Origin: Stegostoma tigrinum
Lineage: Eukaryota
Reading direction: 5' to 3'
Length of the DNA stretch: 64,000 nucleotides
Assembly: GCF_030684315.1 (NCBI RefSeq)
Contig: NC_081373.1
Span: 49,986,066 to 50,050,065, forward strand
The notes under the pieces are model-generated. The model did not search any database. It saw nothing but the letters and a program-made list of their open reading frames with translations, and had not been told where the DNA came from. Numbering within the stretch: position 1 is the first letter of the stretch; the number at the start of each line of letters is the position of its first letter. Below are positions 62,890 through 64,000 of this stretch, one piece after another. Position numbers and translations under genes: made by a program.

Positions 62890-63176
62890 CCCGTGGAGCG
62901 TTTCGGGGGATGTAGTTCTTGCGAGTCACACAGGTCCGTGGAACCAGTTGCCTCCGAGACTACAACTCCCGACAGGCACCCCGTGGCACCGCGCCTTGAG
63001 TGTTAGCTGAGGAACTACAACACCCAAAGTACACCCGTGGGAGAAGCCCACGTGATTCCGGTTTGAGCCGGAAGTGAGGCTGTCGGTCTGGAGGAAGGGG
63101 AAGCGGCAGCGTCTTCCTCCAGCTGGGCGACAGGGGAGCGGCTCTGAGTGCGGCGCTTCAGCCCTTCCTTCACGGT
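62890..63176 (+). promoter_or_regulatory. Housekeeping CpG promoter and 5'UTR of the UBE2D-like gene
   Basis: ACTACAnnTCCC-type motifs (ZNF143/THAP11-associated) at 62959-62970, 63014-63025 and inverted at 62905-62916; E-box CACGTG at 63049-63054; ETS/GABP CCGGAAGTG at 63068-63076. Confidence 0.8.
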
Positions 63177-63200
63177 ATGGCCAAGAGACGGATAGAAAAG
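63177..63200 (+). CDS. UBE2D1: UBE2D-family ubiquitin-conjugating enzyme, coding exon 1 (probably UBE2D1)
   Basis: ATG GCC AAG AGA CGG ATA GAA AAG|gtaaag encodes MAKRRIEK. The 24-nt phase-0 exon matches the UBE2D first exon (MALKRIxK). It lies in a CpG island, and IPMK-CISD1-UBE2D1 is the known vertebrate neighbourhood. Only 8 codons are visible. Confidence 0.65.
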
Positions 63201-64000
63201 GTAAAGGCAGTCCTCGCGTGTCCAGCCGTACCGGGGAAAGGGGACGCGGCTCTTGGCCTGGAGGCAGGACAGCTGAGCCCCGCTTCTTCCCCCCCCCCCC
63301 ACCCCATTGTCCACCTCCTCCCGGGCCTGGGGGCTGGGCAGGGGATTGTGATGCCTTCCTCCTCCACCAACATCCCCCCCCCCCCCCCCCCGCTTCCGTG
63401 GAGCTCAGACCGGGTGTCACTGCCACGTACAGGCCAGCTCACAAAGGGCTAGGGGCTCAGGGAGGAGGGAATCCAGTTTAATCAGGCCCAGCACACTCAC
63501 CGAGTTACTTTACACTGACCCCCGCATTCATTCATTCATACATTCATTCCTCCTCCCCCAATCTGTATCCTGAACCAAGAAAAAAAAACACCACTCCTTC
63601 CCCCCCCCCACACCCCTCGTAACCACCAAATGTCATATGGACATGTGAATAGGAATTGTCATAGGAATAAAAGCTTGAGGACAACAAGGCTATCTGTGTT
63701 TCATTCAATAATGTCAAATTTTCCCTTTGGAGCACACATTGAGTTCATTGTGCCTGTGCTAGCCCTCAGAGCAAGACTACAGCCCCACCCTAAAGCCTTA
63801 CGCTGTAACTCTGCACATTCTTTCTTTTCGGATAATGATCCAAATCCCATTTAAAACCTCGATGGGACCCTGTTTCCAGGATACACTTGGACAATGTTAT
63901 ACAGATCTTAACTACTGTCTACATGAGGTTTTCCTCTTGTCACAGTTGGTTCTTTTGCCAATGTGCTATAAATCTGTGCCCCTGATTTTTGATCCTTTCA

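Noticed and set aside
62926-63481. Several 90-166 aa ORFs over the right-hand CpG island
   Set aside because: These are GC-rich open frames with poly-Pro or poly-Gly from C-runs. Only the 8 codons before the donor at 63201 are supported.

Overview
Vertebrate nuclear DNA, almost certainly from an elasmobranch (shark or ray), judged by HE1-type V-SINEs plus dense CR1, L2, RTE and Penelope-like retroelements. Three host genes can be built from splice-flanked exons. IPMK (minus strand) has coding exons 1 and 2 at 24631-24487 and 11994-11909; later exons were not found and probably lie left of the window. CISD1/mitoNEET (minus) is complete, with three exons at 55285-55261, 49919-49717 and 45307-45218 and an intact CDGSH [2Fe-2S] motif. 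A UBE2D-type E2 enzyme (plus) has its first coding exon at 63177-63200, probably UBE2D1 by synteny. Each gene has a CpG-rich promoter. The most striking non-genic signal is a series of Penelope-like fold-back insertions: a tail-bearing 3' arm joined to an inverted copy that lacks the last ~35-40 nt, often flanked by 11-17 bp target duplications and carrying a minimal hammerhead-like core. The largest is a ~1.25 kb near-perfect palindrome with a 1-nt loop (56201-57486) just upstream of CISD1. CISD1 also appears inverted relative to the human locus as I recall it. Most long ORFs in the track are repeat artefacts. Repeat boundaries are approximate, and family names come from motif recognition rather than database searches.
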